Both the position numbers and the translations under genes were made by a program. 64,000 nt of DNA, taken from NCBI GenBank assembly GCA_963823665.1, contig CAWGMQ010000004.1, positions 992,001-1,056,000 on the forward strand, read 5' to 3'. Below the pieces are notes generated by a model. The model worked only from the letters and a program-made list of their open reading frames with translations. It was not told the DNA's origin and made no database searches. This DNA is from an uncultured Planctomycetota bacterium. Its GTDB lineage: Bacteria; Planctomycetota; Planctomycetia; Isosphaerales; Isosphaeraceae. Positions 10,588 to 22,690 of the stretch are shown here, one piece after another. Every line of letters starts with the position of its first letter. Within the stretch, counting starts at the first letter, position 1.

Positions 10588-13278
10588 AGCTGATCCCTCA
10601 TCGGATTCGCACTGCCCTGATCGTGTTCCTGGCTGGCTGGCTCTTGCTCGAGGCCGCGAGTCCGGCAAGGGCCCAGCTCCCAACGTCCGAAGAAGAGAGA
10701 CTGCAGATCCTGACCGATCCCGATGCGCTCAGGAAGAAGCTCGAGGAAAAAAAGAACCGGCCGCCGTTCGAGTTCTTCCGCTCGCAGGTCGCCCCGTTCG
10801 ACATACTTCCCTATGTGAAGGTCAATCACTGGTCCACGCTCACGTTCGAGCTGAGGGCCAACGACGATAATTACGAGGGCGTGCTCCAGACCGAGGCGGT
10901 GAAGCTAGCCAATATGCCGCACGAGGTTTACTTCCGTCGCGACGGACGGCTGATGAAGGAGCAGCGTGCGAAGCTTGCCTTGCAGTTCATGGTTCCCGAC
11001 GTGGAATCGGGCCAGGTTCGGAAGCAGTTCATGGTTGACTTGCTCCGCCCCGGGGCTCTGCGTGCCGATGCGAGCTGGCAGGCGAATCTGTCGACTCTGC
11101 CGCCGCATCAAATGCTGGTGCTCATTCTGTCGAAGGAATCGACCACGAAGTTCGCGGCATGGAGCCGGATGGCGGCGACACTGCCCGGGTCGGCCGAGCG
11201 CGATGGGGGCGACCTTGAGAAAGTGCGCTATTACCGGCTCGTTCTGCCGATCGGGCCCGACGCCCCGCCGCTGTCGTCTCACCCCCTGGCGTGGACCACG
11301 ACGAGCCACGTCATCTGGGACAACTATTCGCCCGACGAGCTCAAGCCTGCTCAGCAGCAAGCGATGCTCGACTGGCTGCACTGGGGTGGGCAAATCACTC
11401 TCTGCGGAGGGGCCGGACAATCGTTTTCGGTGTTGCGCGATAGCTTTCTCGGCCCGTATCTGCCGGGTGAAGCCACCGGTGCCACCGTGCCACTTGCCGA
11501 GGACGATCTTCGGCCGCTCTCTCAGTCTTATCCTCCCCCCCACTATGCTTCGGCCGTCGATAACCAGAGTGAGCCGGTGAACGTGGACCGGCGGGGGACC
11601 CTCCGGCGCGCGATGCGCATTTACCGTGCGCCGGTGCCGATCCGCCCGGGTGCGAAACGGCCGATTTACCTGGCGGTGCTGAAGGCGAAGGAGGGAGCTT
11701 CGACGATCCCACTCGGCGAGGCCAGCCCCCACGTGCTCGCCGTCGAATGGCGCGTCGGCCGGGGAAGGATCACCATGCTGGCGGCCAACCCCAACGAAGA
11801 GTCGATTCTGGCCTGGCCGGGCATCGATACGCTCATTCGCCGCGTCATCCTCCGTCGCCCGGAGGAAACGCTGGGCGAGTGGACCGGCCCTGAAGGGGCG
11901 ATTGCGAACTCGCCGGCGCGCAACCGGCTGCTCAGCCAGGAACTCTCGTGGTACCGGATCACCAGCCGCGACCTGGTAATCAAGGGAGTTGACCAGCTTC
12001 CGCCCAAGGAAAAAACCAAGACACAAGCAGAGCCGGTCGATACCTCCGGCGGCGCGACGGCGGTGACAGTCGGGGAAAACGATTTTCACGAGTTCCCGGC
12101 CGTGGCCGACTGGCGCGACACCGCCAGTCTGCCCCGATTGAGCCGCGACCTGCTCGAAGAGGCATCCGGCATCACCATTCCCAGCTCTAACTTCGTGCTG
12201 CGCGTGATTCTCGCTTACCTGCTCGCCGTGGTGCCGCTCAACTGGCTCATCTGCCGGTTCGTTCTCAACAAGCGCGAGTGGACCTGGGTTGTCGTTCCTC
12301 TGGTCGCTCTCGCGTTCGCCATCGGTGTGGAGCGAGTGGCCGCGCACGACATGGGCTACGACACCGCCGCCGATGAGATCGATCTGCTGGAGCTTCAAGG
12401 CGACTATCATCGCGCCCATCTGACGCGACTGGTCTCGCTTTATACGAACGGGAGATCGCACTTCACGATATCTTATCCCAGCGACCCGACCGCGCTTGCA
12501 CTGCCGCTTGACAACGGTCGTTCGATCCGCGGCGAGGACATCGCTAAATCGTGGTGGCAATCAACGCCGGTCCCGGCGCTGCATGAATTTCACCGTCCAG
12601 CCCCGCAGCCTCGCGATGTTCCGAGCCGAAGAGATGCTGAGCTTGAACGGCACCATCCGGCTGGCGGAAACGGATGGAAAGCGCCGGGTCGAGAACGCAA
12701 GCCAGCTCGAGCTCAGGGACGCCGTGCTGGTCGAATCGACAGGTCCAGGCAAGCGCCAGGAGCGCGCGCTGGGAACGATCAAGCCCGGCGAGTCCGTCGA
12801 GATCGAGCCCGGGGCGGCCGGCGAGGTTTCGGCGCGGGTCGACGCCGGCCCGGGGCCGGACGCGAATCTGTTCCTGGAGGCGCTGCGGTCGTCGTGGGAG
12901 GACCGCGAGGAAGACAAGGGAGAGCTTCGCCTGGTAGCCTGGGCGAAAGACACACTGCCGGGCCAGTCGATCGAGCCGGCCATCGATCGCAAGCGAGGCT
13001 TCACCGCGGTGCTCGTTCACCTGCGCAGCGGCCCTCCACCCAGCCCCGACGGCCGGCGCTACAACCTGATGGCTTCGGGAAACACCGCGGAAGACGGGTC
13101 TGCCGTCGAGCGAACCGGGGCCGAGGGTACGGCCTCCCGTACACCGGGCAAGATGGCTCGAAAGATGTCGCCACAACCGCAAATATTCAGTGGGGGCTGC
13201 CCCGGCCAAGGGAGCGCCCAGCAAGTGAATTCACGGACTCTCGAGCGAAGCAAGCCGTTGGAGATTCTTGATCGATGA
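10584..13278 (+). CDS. Large exported/membrane accessory protein of the ABC system (frameshift near 12590)
   Basis: Signal peptide; QQQAMLDWLHWGGQ segment; two TM helices (YLLAVVPLNW, WTWVVVPLVAL); C-terminus continues in ORF 12496..13278, overlapping the next start. Confidence 0.7.
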
Positions 13279-14204
13279 TCGAGGTCAGTCATTTCACCAA
13301 ACGCTACGGCGATTTCGTTGCCGTCGACGATCTCAGCTTCTCCATCGGCAAGGGCGAGATCTTCGGCTTCATCGGTCCCAACGGCGCGGGCAAAAGCACC
13401 ACCATCCGTTTCCTGGCGACCTTGCTGCGACCGACGGCCGGCGAAGGGAAGGTCGCAGGCTTCTCGGTGACTTCCGACCCGATGGCGGTGCGCCGCGTCA
13501 TCGGTTTCATGCCGGACGATTTCGGGGTCTACGACGGCATGAAGGTCTGGGAGTTCCTCGATTTCTTCGCGGTGGCGTACGAGATTCCTCGATCAACTCG
13601 CAAGAAGATCATCGGTGAAGTTCTCGAGCTGCTCGAGCTCACGCACAAGAGGGACGACTACGTCAACGGCCTCTCCAAGGGCATGAAGCAGCGGTTGTGC
13701 CTGGCCAAGACCTTAGTCCACGACCCACCGGTCTTGATCCTCGACGAGCCGGCCTCGGGACTCGACCCCAGGGCCAGGCTCGAGATGAAGGCCCTCTTGA
13801 CTGAGCTCAAGCAGATGGGCAAGACGATCTTGATCTCGAGCCACATTCTCTCGGAGCTCGCCGACTTCTGTACTTCGATCGGTATCATCGAGCGGGGAAA
13901 AATGCTGGCCGCCGGCAGCATCCAGGAAATCCAGCAGCAAATCCGGGCGCACCGGGTTATCAAGGTGCGAGTGCTCGATCACAGCACGGAACGGGCAGCG
14001 GAGATGCTGCGCAACGACCGGTCGATTCGCACTGTTGAAACATATGATCACACGATCACGGCCGAATTCGAAGGCCAGGATCCCGACATGGCACGGCTGC
14101 TCGGGGGGCTTGTGCAGTCGGGCATCGTCGTGCAATCGTTTGCTGAAGAGCCCCTTTCGCTCGAGGAAGTCTTCATGATGATCACCAAGGGCATCGTCAA
14201 CTGA
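13275..14204 (+). CDS. ABC transporter ATP-binding protein
   Basis: GPNGAGKS, LSKGMKQR, ILDEP and SSH motifs. Confidence 0.95.
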   Translation: MIEVSHFTKRYGDFVAVDDLSFSIGKGEIFGFIGPNGAGKSTTIRFLATLLRPTAGEGKVAGFSVTSDPMAVRRVIGFMPDDFGVYDGMKVWEFLDFFAVAYEIPRSTRKKIIGEVLELLELTHKRDDYVNGLSKGMKQRLCLAKTLVHDPPVLILDEPASGLDPRARLEMKALLTELKQMGKTILISSHILSELADFCTSIGIIERGKMLAAGSIQEIQQQIRAHRVIKVRVLDHSTERAAEMLRNDRSIRTVETYDHTITAEFEGQDPDMARLLGGLVQSGIVVQSFAEEPLSLEEVFMMITKGIVN

Positions 14205-14217
14205 GAGACCTGCACGC

Positions 14218-15883
14218 ATGCTGCGCGACAACCCGGTCCTCTCTCGCGAGCTGCTCGTCACCTTGCGGTCGCCCCGCTCGTTTGTGTTGCAATTGCTCTA
14301 CGTCTGCGTGCTGGGCGCGCTGGTCTTTTTCCAGTGGCCGGCGGGCGAACAAGGCGCGCGCCAGGTGAGCCCGGGCGTGGCGCGCACCCTGTTCGACATT
14401 TTCTTCCTCGGCCAGTTTTTCCTGGTCGCGCTCATGGCGCCCACCTTTGCCGCCGGCAGCATCACCGGTGAAAAAGAGCGAAAGACGTACGAGCTGCTCC
14501 TGGCCAGCCCGCTGCGCCCGGGGACGATCCTGGTCGGCAAGCTGCTCAGCTCACTCTCGTACCTGGTCATCCTGATCATTTCCAGCCTGCCGCTGATGAT
14601 TCTCTGCTACCTCCTGGGTGGGTTACTGCTCTCGGAGATCACCCGCAGCTATCTGGTCTTGATCCTGGCGGCGGGCACGTTCGGGCTGCTGTCGATCGCC
14701 TGTTCGAGTTATTTCCGCCGGACAAGCTCGGCGCTGGTCGTCAGCTACCTGGTCATTCTGCCGCTGGCGGTTCTCTGCGTGGTGTTGACCCGGACCGACA
14801 ATGTCGTCGCTCGCGACTTTGTGTCGCTGGCGATCCTGCCTCCCTGGTGCCTGGCGGCGTGGACGGTCCTGGGCATTCTGATCAACCGCCGGCTTCTGCA
14901 CCCGCCGGACGTCGGCAGCGAAGGCAAGGACGTTGTCGACGAGGAAGAGGAGATGAAGTACGCGATCGGAGTCGTGATCGATCGCGACCTCTTCCCCGAC
15001 AAACTCTTCGCGCCGGCCAAACGCACCGACCTCATGCCCGACGGCACCAATCCCGTCCTGGACAAGGAGCTCCGCAGCGAGATCTTCAGCCAGGGAACGC
15101 TCATGCTGCGAGTCGTGATTCAGGTCAGCATGGTGCTTTCGATTCCGTTGATGGCCATCTTGCTGTTTCTCCGCTCCGACAAGGCGGCCTACTACGTGGC
15201 CTACGTCCTCACCTTCAATTTGCTGGTCGGGCCCGTGTTTTCCGCGGGGAGCATCACCCAGGAGCGCGAGCGCCAGACCTTGAGCCTCCTGCTGACGACG
15301 CTTCTGCGGCCGGGAAAGATCGTCTTCGCCAAGTTGATGGCGTCACTGCGGGTTTCGACCGTGCTGACATTCCTGCTCACCGAGCAGATGCTGCTGGCCT
15401 ATGTGCTGCTTCCCGAGCTGCGCGATCGCTTCTGGACACTGCTGGCGTACTTGCTAATCATCGCAACCACGTGCCTGGCCACGTCGACGATCGGACTCCT
15501 GTGCTCGGCGCTCGCCCGAAGAACCTCCACGGCGATGGTCGATCACTTACCTCACTCTGCTCATTCTGTTCGTCGTGCCGCTGGGAGTGGAGCTTTATCT
15601 GCGCGGGATGTCATCGGTGAGTGAAGAGCAACTGGCCGCCTTCACGATAACCAGCCCGTACTCGGCGGCGATGGGCGTGCCCATGCATACAACGCGAAGC
15701 GACGTCTGGAGTGACAAACCCCTCTCGGTTCCGGCACCCGTGCAGGTGAATATCACCAGGGACTTCTCCGCGCCGGTCTGGGCGATTTTCCTGTGCATCT
15801 ACCCGCCGTTTTGCCTGGGATTGCTCGGGCTGACCTACCTCGCATTTCGCTGGCGCTGGTGGCGGGCAGGGGGGCTGGGGTAA
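14218..15883 (+). CDS. ABC-2 type permease with two internally repeated halves (frameshift near 15541)
   Basis: NPVLSREL/NPVLDKEL and AGSITGEKER/AGSITQERER repeats; C-terminus lies in ORF 15575..15883. Confidence 0.85.
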
Positions 15884-15919
15884 AGGTCGGCTCGTGAGGC
15901 CAACGCGGGGAGGTCAGAC
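15570..15919 (+). repeat. Direct repeat copy A (permease 3' end plus ~36 nt of downstream DNA)
   Basis: About 90% identical (manual alignment) to 21024..21370. Confidence 0.92.
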
Positions 15920-15992
15920 GATCGTAACTGACGTCGGTCGCTCATCCTCGTCAGGCGTCCTGTCGACGACGATCCCCAAGCACGCGATCGAG

Positions 15993-16220
15993 TCAGTCTA
16001 TCCGTGAGGCGGATCGAGACTGCTGATAGTAGCTCAGGGAGAAACGCCGCTCTTGCACGAGGTGGACGAGGTATGCGCGGACGTCTTCAGGGCTGAGGTG
16101 GTCCGGCGAAGATTTAAAGTAGCGCGCGAAGCGGGCAATGCATTGGACGTAGGTGTCGATGTTCTGTGACGTGAAATTGCGGAGGGTCATATCCTCGATC
16201 ATGCGGCGCAAGGGTGTCAT
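15993..16220 (-). pseudogene. Truncated tyrosine recombinase (phage-integrase N-terminal SAM-like domain only)
   Basis: MTPLRRMIEDMTLRNF...YVQCIARFARYF..SPDHL.PEDVRAYLVHL; catalytic domain absent. Confidence 0.85.
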
Positions 16221-16349
16221 GTGCGGCTCCTTTGCACTAGCGACTCGCCGGGAAAGCGGCGAGACTGTAACCGATGTCTACGTGAAGGGCCGGCGTCTTT
16301 CGTCGGTCGAGCCACAACCTATCGGGGACTCAGCGTCAGGAGCTCCGTC

Positions 16350-19300
16350 ATGGCCACCGCCGCGGAACGCGACCTGCTCTTCGGCTTGATCGCCTTGCAG
16401 GTCGGTCTCATCGATCAGTCACAGCTTGTCGCTGCATTTCGGGCCTGGGCCAGCGACAAAACCAAACCGCTCGCCGACCACCTCACCGCCCGCGGGGACC
16501 TTGACGAGGAGCAGTGCGCCGGCGTTTTTTCCATGGTGGGGCTGCACCTCAAGAAGCACGGCGGCGACGCCGAGAAATCGCTTGCTGCGGTTCCCGCCGG
16601 CCTCTCAACGCGCGAGAGACTCGCCCGCTTGGCCGACGCTGACCTGGACGCCTCCGTCGCCCGTCTTGGCACCCTGACGGCGCCCTCTGACGCGGCTCAG
16701 GACGCCGACCGCACTTCAAGCTACTCCGTCGGCGCGGCGACTTCCGACGGCCAGCGGTTCCGTGTGCTGCGTCCTCACGCACGCGGCGGCTTGGGCGCGG
16801 TGTTTGTGGCCCTTGACAGCGAGCTCCATCGCGAGGTCGCACTCAAGCAGATTCTCGACCAGCACGCCGATGACGCCCTCAGCCGGCAGCGGTTCTTGAT
16901 CGAGGCGGAAATCACCGGCGGGCTCGAGCATCCGGGCATCGTCCCGGTCTACGGCCTCGGGACCTACGCCGACGGCCGCCCTTACTACGCCATGCGGTTC
17001 ATCAAGGGCGACAGTCTGAGAGAGGCGATCGATCGCTTCCATACCGACTTATCGCTCAAGATGGACCCTGGCCGCCGAGCGCTTGGGCTGCACAAGCTGC
17101 TCCGCCGGTTCATGGACATTTGCAATGCCGTTGATTATGCGCACTTGCGCGGCGTGCTGCATCGCGACATCAAACCAGGCAACATCATCGTGGGCAAATA
17201 CGGCGAGACTCTGGTCGTTGACTGGGGGCTTGCCAAGCCGATGGGCCGGGCCGAGCCGGACAGCAACTCCGGCGAGCGGACGCTGATACCGTCTTCCGCG
17301 AGCGGCAGCGCCCAAACCTTGCCCGGCAGTGCGCTCGGCACACCCTCTTACATGAGCCCGGAGCAGGCGTCTGGGGATCTCGACAAGCTGGGGCCCCACT
17401 CAGACGTCTACAGCCTGGGTGCCACCCTCTTCTGCCTGTTGACCGGCAAGCCGCCGGTGGAAGGGCCGGACGTCGGCGAATTGCTCCGCCGGGTGCAGAA
17501 CGGTAATTTCCCCAGGCCGAGCCAGCTCGACCCGTTGATCGATCCCGCGCTCGAGGCGATCTGCCTGAAAGCGATGGCGAGGAGGCCTGTTGACCGCTAC
17601 GCATCATGCCGGGCGCTCTCAGACGAGGTCGAGCGCTGGATGGCTGACGAGCCGCTTACCGCTTACCAGGAGCCCATTTCCAGGCGGGTGCGGCGATGGG
17701 CCAAACGCAACCGGACCAAAGTGGCGATGGCCGGAGCGGCGCTCCTGGCCGGCGTGGTTGGTCTCTCGGCGGTGCTGCTGGTGCAAACCCAGGCCACGGC
17801 CGAAATCGCGCGGGCGCTGGCGAGCGAGACGCAGGCCAACGCGGCACTCGCTGATGCGAACGAGAAGGTTCAGGCCCGCTACCGGTTGGCGATGGCGGCG
17901 ATCAAGACCTTTCAAACGGGCGTCACCCAGGACTTCATGCTCAAGGAGGAAAAGTTCAAGGATCTGCGCGACCGGCTCTTGAAATCGGCGGTCGATTTCT
18001 ACGGCCAGCTCGGGGCTCTGCTCGAGAAGGAGAAAGGCGGCACCTCGCGGCGGGCGCTCTCGCAGGCGAACTTCGAGCTCGGGAACCTGATCAGTCAGAT
18101 CGGCCGCAAGGAAGACGCCCTCGCGGTCCACAGGAAGGTTCTGGCCGACCGCGAAGCGCTGCTCTCTGATCCCGGGGCCGATGATAGTGTGAGAATGGAC
18201 CTCGGTCAGAGCACGATCGAGGTCGGCAGCCTGCTCGAGGTAGTCGGCAAGATCGACGACGCGCTCGCGGCCTTCAACCGCTCGGAAACGCTCCTGTCTG
18301 GCGCGGGACCGGCGGCGCGTGCCGCTCTGGCCCGCTCCCGTTCGGGGCTGGGCGCGCTCCTGGCCAAGACCGGCAAGCACACCGAGGCCTTGGCGGCATA
18401 CCGCTTGGCCCGCGCCGATCAGGAACGGATCGCGGCGGACAATGCAAGTTCAGCCGAGGCCCGCGCGAACCTGGCGGAGACGCTCAATCGCATCGGTAAA
18501 CTCTTGTCGCTATCCGCCACACCGAAAGAGGCGGAGCCCGAGTATCGCAGAGCGCTGGCAATCCGGCAAAAGCTCGCCGACGAAAACCCCGCCGATGCCG
18601 AACTCCGGAATAACCTCGGCGCCAGTCACTCCGGCCTCGCCTCACTCCTCTCCGACACCAGGGAGCAACGTCGGGCCGAGGCAGAGTATCGCGCGGCGCT
18701 TGAGATCCAGCAGAAGCTCGTCGACGACAACCCCGCCGTCAGCAGATTTCGTAACAGCCTGGCGAGCACCCGCAACAACCTCGGCATCCTGCTCCTCTCC
18801 GCCGGCAATTTGAAGGATGCAGAGGCGGAATTCCGCGCGGCTGTGGTGAACCAGCGGAAGCTTGCCGACGAGAACCCCGCCGTCGCCGAGTTCCGCAACA
18901 ATCTTGCCAACGGCACCAGCAACGTCGGGTTGGTGCTTTCCCAGGCAGGCAAACTGGCCCCGGCCGAGATCGAGTTGCGTAAAGCGCTGGAGCTGCGTGA
19001 GCGGCTGGTCGAAGAGAATGCCTCCGTCAACGACTTCCGATACCAGCAGGCACACAGTCACCTCAGCCTGGCCGTGGTGCTGGAGAAGATGGGAAAACCG
19101 GCGGAAGCGGATGCCCAGCACCGCGCCGCGATCGCAGTCGGGCGGAAGCTCGCCGCCGAAAACCCCGAAGTCACTCACTACGGGTTCGACCTGGGACGCG
19201 TTCGCCTTTCGTTCGCCATGTCGCTGGCGCGAAGGGGGAAGCTTCTCGATGCGGAAACCGAGTTCCGCGCGGCGGTCGCCATCCTGCGGAAGGCGGCTGA

Positions 19301-20867
19301 GGCCAACCCCGCCGTTACGGATTTCCGCGTCCACCTGTCGAACGCATACTACAACCTCGGCTGGCTGCTCGCAGGTGTCGCAAAGACGGCCGAGGCCGAG
19401 GCCGAGTATCGACAGGCCCTCGCGATCCGACGAAAGCTCTTAGATGAAATCCCGAATAACGCCGGCCTTCGCGCCGAGCTGGCGGTGACCCGGTACGCTC
19501 TGGGTCTTGTTCTCGCGGCGACAGGCAAGACTGCCGCCGCTTTGAGCGAGTATCGCGCGGCGCTCGAGATCCAGCAGAAACTTGCTGACGAGAATCCTAC
19601 CGTGGCCGCTTTCCGCGAAAATCTGGCACGGAGCCAAGCCAGCCTCGGTCTGCTCTTGTCGAACCTGGGCAAGTCGTCCGATGCGGAGGCCGAGCTCCGA
19701 CGGGCAATCGCGGTCCGGCAGAAGCTTGTCGCCGATAATCCCGCCGCGCCCAATCTCCGGAACGAGCTCGCAGACTCGCACCAAACCCTCGGCGTCGTGT
19801 TGGGGCGCACTGGTAAGGTTCTCGACGAGGCTGCAGAGTGCCGGCGGGCGCTCGCGATCTATCAAGAGCTGGCCGATCAATACCCAAGCGTCGCGGACTA
19901 CCGCAACGGGCTGGCGGACAGCCACAGCAATGTCGCCTCCGTGCTCCGCGAGTTCGGCAGCCGGGCGGAGGCGGAAAGACATTTCCGCCAGGCGCTGGCG
20001 ATCCGACAGAAGCTGGTCGACGCCAACCCCACGATCGCCAGGTTCCGCGGTCACCTGGCGATCGGCCACGACGGGTTGGGCTCGCTGCTTTCGGATGCGG
20101 GCAGACTCGCGGAGGCAGAGGCAGAGATGCGCGAGGCCTTAGCCATAAATCAGAAGCTCGCCGAGTTTAACCACGCCATCACTGACTTCCGGCAGAACGT
20201 GGCGAGCGCGCACAAAAATCTGGGCTGGTTGTTCTCGCAGACGGGCAAGCTGTCTCAGGCTGAAGCGGAGCTCGGCAAGGCGCTCCTGATCGCTCGCGAG
20301 CTGGCGCAGGCTCACCCGAACGCCCCGACCTTTCGCCAGACCGTGGCTGACGTCGAGAGTCGCCTCTGCGTCGTGTTTCGTCGGCTTGGCCGCCCGCTCA
20401 AGGCCCGAGACGCAGGCGAGCAAGCCGTTTCGATCAGCGAGGCGCTCGTGAACGCACACCGCGACAACCCGGCATACGCGGTCCTGCTGGCCCGGAGCTG
20501 GGCCAACCGCGGCCTGGCGTCACGCGCGCTTGGTGAATTCGCCGGGGCCGAGGCCGACCTCAGCCGAGCCGTCGCGTTCTGGAGAATGCTGCCGGGGCGG
20601 TCGGGCGAGCTTTGGCTCGAGACCGCGATCGCCCACGCCGCACTCGCAAGCTTGGCCGGTAGGTCCGGCTCGCACGTCTCGGCTGCCGAGGCCTCGAACC
20701 TGATCGATTCCGCGGTAATCCTGCTCCGCCAAGCCATCGCGACGGGCTTCCGCAACCCGGGCGCCTATTGCAACGAGGAAGCCCTCGACTTGCTCCACTC
20801 CCGCGAAGACTGGAAGCTCTTGATGATGGACCTGGCCATGCCCACCGAGTTCTTCACTCCGCCGTAG
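16350..20867 (+). CDS. Hanks-type Ser/Thr kinase with TM helix and long TPR array
   Basis: ARGGLG, VALK, HRDIKPGN, DWGLAK and GTPSYMSPEQ motifs; repeated RxALxIxQKLxDENP units; AGGAG RBS before the ATG at 16350. Confidence 0.95.
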   Translation: MATAAERDLLFGLIALQVGLIDQSQLVAAFRAWASDKTKPLADHLTARGDLDEEQCAGVFSMVGLHLKKHGGDAEKSLAAVPAGLSTRERLARLADADLDASVARLGTLTAPSDAAQDADRTSSYSVGAATSDGQRFRVLRPHARGGLGAVFVALDSELHREVALKQILDQHADDALSRQRFLIEAEITGGLEHPGIVPVYGLGTYADGRPYYAMRFIKGDSLREAIDRFHTDLSLKMDPGRRALGLHKLLRRFMDICNAVDYAHLRGVLHRDIKPGNIIVGKYGETLVVDWGLAKPMGRAEPDSNSGERTLIPSSASGSAQTLPGSALGTPSYMSPEQASGDLDKLGPHSDVYSLGATLFCLLTGKPPVEGPDVGELLRRVQNGNFPRPSQLDPLIDPALEAICLKAMARRPVDRYASCRALSDEVERWMADEPLTAYQEPISRRVRRWAKRNRTKVAMAGAALLAGVVGLSAVLLVQTQATAEIARALASETQANAALADANEKVQARYRLAMAAIKTFQTGVTQDFMLKEEKFKDLRDRLLKSAVDFYGQLGALLEKEKGGTSRRALSQANFELGNLISQIGRKEDALAVHRKVLADREALLSDPGADDSVRMDLGQSTIEVGSLLEVVGKIDDALAAFNRSETLLSGAGPAARAALARSRSGLGALLAKTGKHTEALAAYRLARADQERIAADNASSAEARANLAETLNRIGKLLSLSATPKEAEPEYRRALAIRQKLADENPADAELRNNLGASHSGLASLLSDTREQRRAEAEYRAALEIQQKLVDDNPAVSRFRNSLASTRNNLGILLLSAGNLKDAEAEFRAAVVNQRKLADENPAVAEFRNNLANGTSNVGLVLSQAGKLAPAEIELRKALELRERLVEENASVNDFRYQQAHSHLSLAVVLEKMGKPAEADAQHRAAIAVGRKLAAENPEVTHYGFDLGRVRLSFAMSLARRGKLLDAETEFRAAVAILRKAAEANPAVTDFRVHLSNAYYNLGWLLAGVAKTAEAEAEYRQALAIRRKLLDEIPNNAGLRAELAVTRYALGLVLAATGKTAAALSEYRAALEIQQKLADENPTVAAFRENLARSQASLGLLLSNLGKSSDAEAELRRAIAVRQKLVADNPAAPNLRNELADSHQTLGVVLGRTGKVLDEAAECRRALAIYQELADQYPSVADYRNGLADSHSNVASVLREFGSRAEAERHFRQALAIRQKLVDANPTIARFRGHLAIGHDGLGSLLSDAGRLAEAEAEMREALAINQKLAEFNHAITDFRQNVASAHKNLGWLFSQTGKLSQAEAELGKALLIARELAQAHPNAPTFRQTVADVESRLCVVFRRLGRPLKARDAGEQAVSISEALVNAHRDNPAYAVLLARSWANRGLASRALGEFAGAEADLSRAVAFWRMLPGRSGELWLETAIAHAALASLAGRSGSHVSAAEASNLIDSAVILLRQAIATGFRNPGAYCNEEALDLLHSREDWKLLMMDLAMPTEFFTPP

Positions 20868-21023
20868 TTCACCGGCATAAGCTTCTCGCGACGATTGCCC
20901 TCGACACAACCTCTTTTCTGCGATCGAGCCTGCAACGCAACCAAGAGATCGACTGGGGCCTTGGCCTCAACCCCAGACCGATCACGTCCAAGCCTGAAGC
21001 ACGGCGCGTGTCCTCGGCTCTTG

Positions 21024-21370
21024 TCGTCGTGCCGCTGGGAGTAGAGCTTTATCTGCGCAGGATGTCATCGGTGACTGAAGAGCAACTGGCCGCCTTCACG
21101 GTGAGCCCGTACTCCGCGGCCATGGGCGTGCCCATGCATAGGACGCGAAGCGACGTCTGGAGTGACAAACCCCTCTCGGTTGCGTCACCGGTGCAGGTGA
21201 ACATCACCAGGGACTTCTCCCTACCGGTCCGGGCGATTTTCCTGTGCATCTACCCGCCGCTTTGCCTGGGACTGCTGGGGCTCACGTACCTGGCATTCCG
21301 CTGGCGCTGGTGACGGGCTGGGGGGCTGGGGTAAAGATCGGCTCGTGAGGGCGACCCGAGGAAGTCAGAC
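21024..21370 (+). repeat. Direct repeat copy B: orphan permease 3' fragment
   Basis: Matches 15570..15919, with a 3-nt deletion and TGG>TGA; has no start of its own. Confidence 0.92.
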
Positions 21371-21496
21371 ACATCACAGCGACGACACCCCCGCTGACCT
21401 TTGTCGCCAGTACGTAAAGCGAAGACTTGAGCCTGCGCACGACAAGTTAAAGAACACCGTTCTCGAGTGGAGCGTCCTGGAAGCGATGAATTCGGC

Positions 21497-22414
21497 CTAA
21501 GATCGACGACCGCCGAACTGATCCGCGTGAAGCGATACAAATTCCCGGACGCTCATCGCCGGCCGGCCGGTCACCCGCTCCACACCGTCCGCCATCCGGT
21601 CATAGCGGCCCGCCCGGTTCAACTCGGCCATCGTCACCAGATGGTGGGTCAAGTGTTCCGGCAACCCCGCACTTTTCAGCTCCCGTTCCCAATCCTCGGG
21701 GGAGATGTCCGAGTACGTGACCTCACGGTTTTACGCGTCCGAATACTCCCGGGCGACTCCGTCCATGTCCTGCGAGCGCGGACCGGTAAGTTCGTATATC
21801 CGGCCCACATGCGGCCCAGGGTCGGCGAGGACGACAGCGACGACCCGAGCAACGTCAGCCGAGGATACAGGAGAGGTCTTGCCCCGCCCGAACGGCAGTT
21901 CGATGCGGCCTCGGTCGCGGACGGTCGGAGCGGTGAGAGGGACGAAGAAGCCCTCCAGGAAGACCGTCGGCCGGATGGTAACGACCGGCAGGCCGGACCA
22001 CGCGAGCGCCTGCTCGCTGAGCCAGTGCTGCCGCTGCTGCGGGCTCGGGGTTGTGTTCTGGATGCTCATCTGGGAGACGGTCATCTGGGACATGTTAACC
22101 AGGATGTCCAGCCCGACTTCCCGGGCGACCGCCGCGATGGTCACGCTCGCCTCAAGGTACCCAGGCGAAACGGACATGCCGAAGTAGACCCGCCGACAGC
22201 CACTGACGACCCGATAGACGTCGGCCGGTTCGAGGAGGTCTCCGACCACCACCTCGGCACCGGCGGCCCGCAGGGCAGCCGCCCGCTCGTCCTCGCGGCG
22301 GACCATGGCTCGAACCGGAAGCCCGCGATCGAGGAGCAACTCGGTCACGGTTCGCCCGACTGCCCCGAGGTGACCGGCTGCCCCGGTTACGAGGATCAAT
22401 CCGCTGTCGGCCAC
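21497..22414 (-). pseudogene. NmrA-like NAD(P)H-binding protein interrupted by one in-frame TAA (21731-21733)
   Basis: ILVTGAAG, RPTVF and YELTGP motifs; the same frame continues NREVTYSDISPEDW...DGVERVTGRPAMSVREFV to a TAG at 21497. Confidence 0.8.
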
Positions 22415-22690
22415 GCGACCTCCTCCCTTTCGCAGAACTCGCGATGATCCAACACGATCGCATCATACTACAGGACCGGAAACGGCCGGGGAACGACCGA
22501 ACTCACCGATGCCTCGACAACATGCACGCGGCTGGTTCTCCTCCCCACCCCGCCTCAGACCACGGGTCGATCGCCGTCTTTTCGAATGCCTGCCCCGAGA
22601 GTTGCCCGTCCGAAGGATTCCTGCGAGAATCGCCGCTGAAACCGTGAAGTCATTTGGTTGAGCAACGCGCTCGGGGGGGGAGGGCGTCGG

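Noticed and set aside
15570..21370. Direct repeats as a DGR TR/VR pair
   Set aside because: Mismatches are not adenine-specific and are largely synonymous.
21731..21733. Programmed stop readthrough in the NmrA-like gene
   Set aside because: It is a TAA with no recoding context, so a point mutation or sequencing error is more likely.
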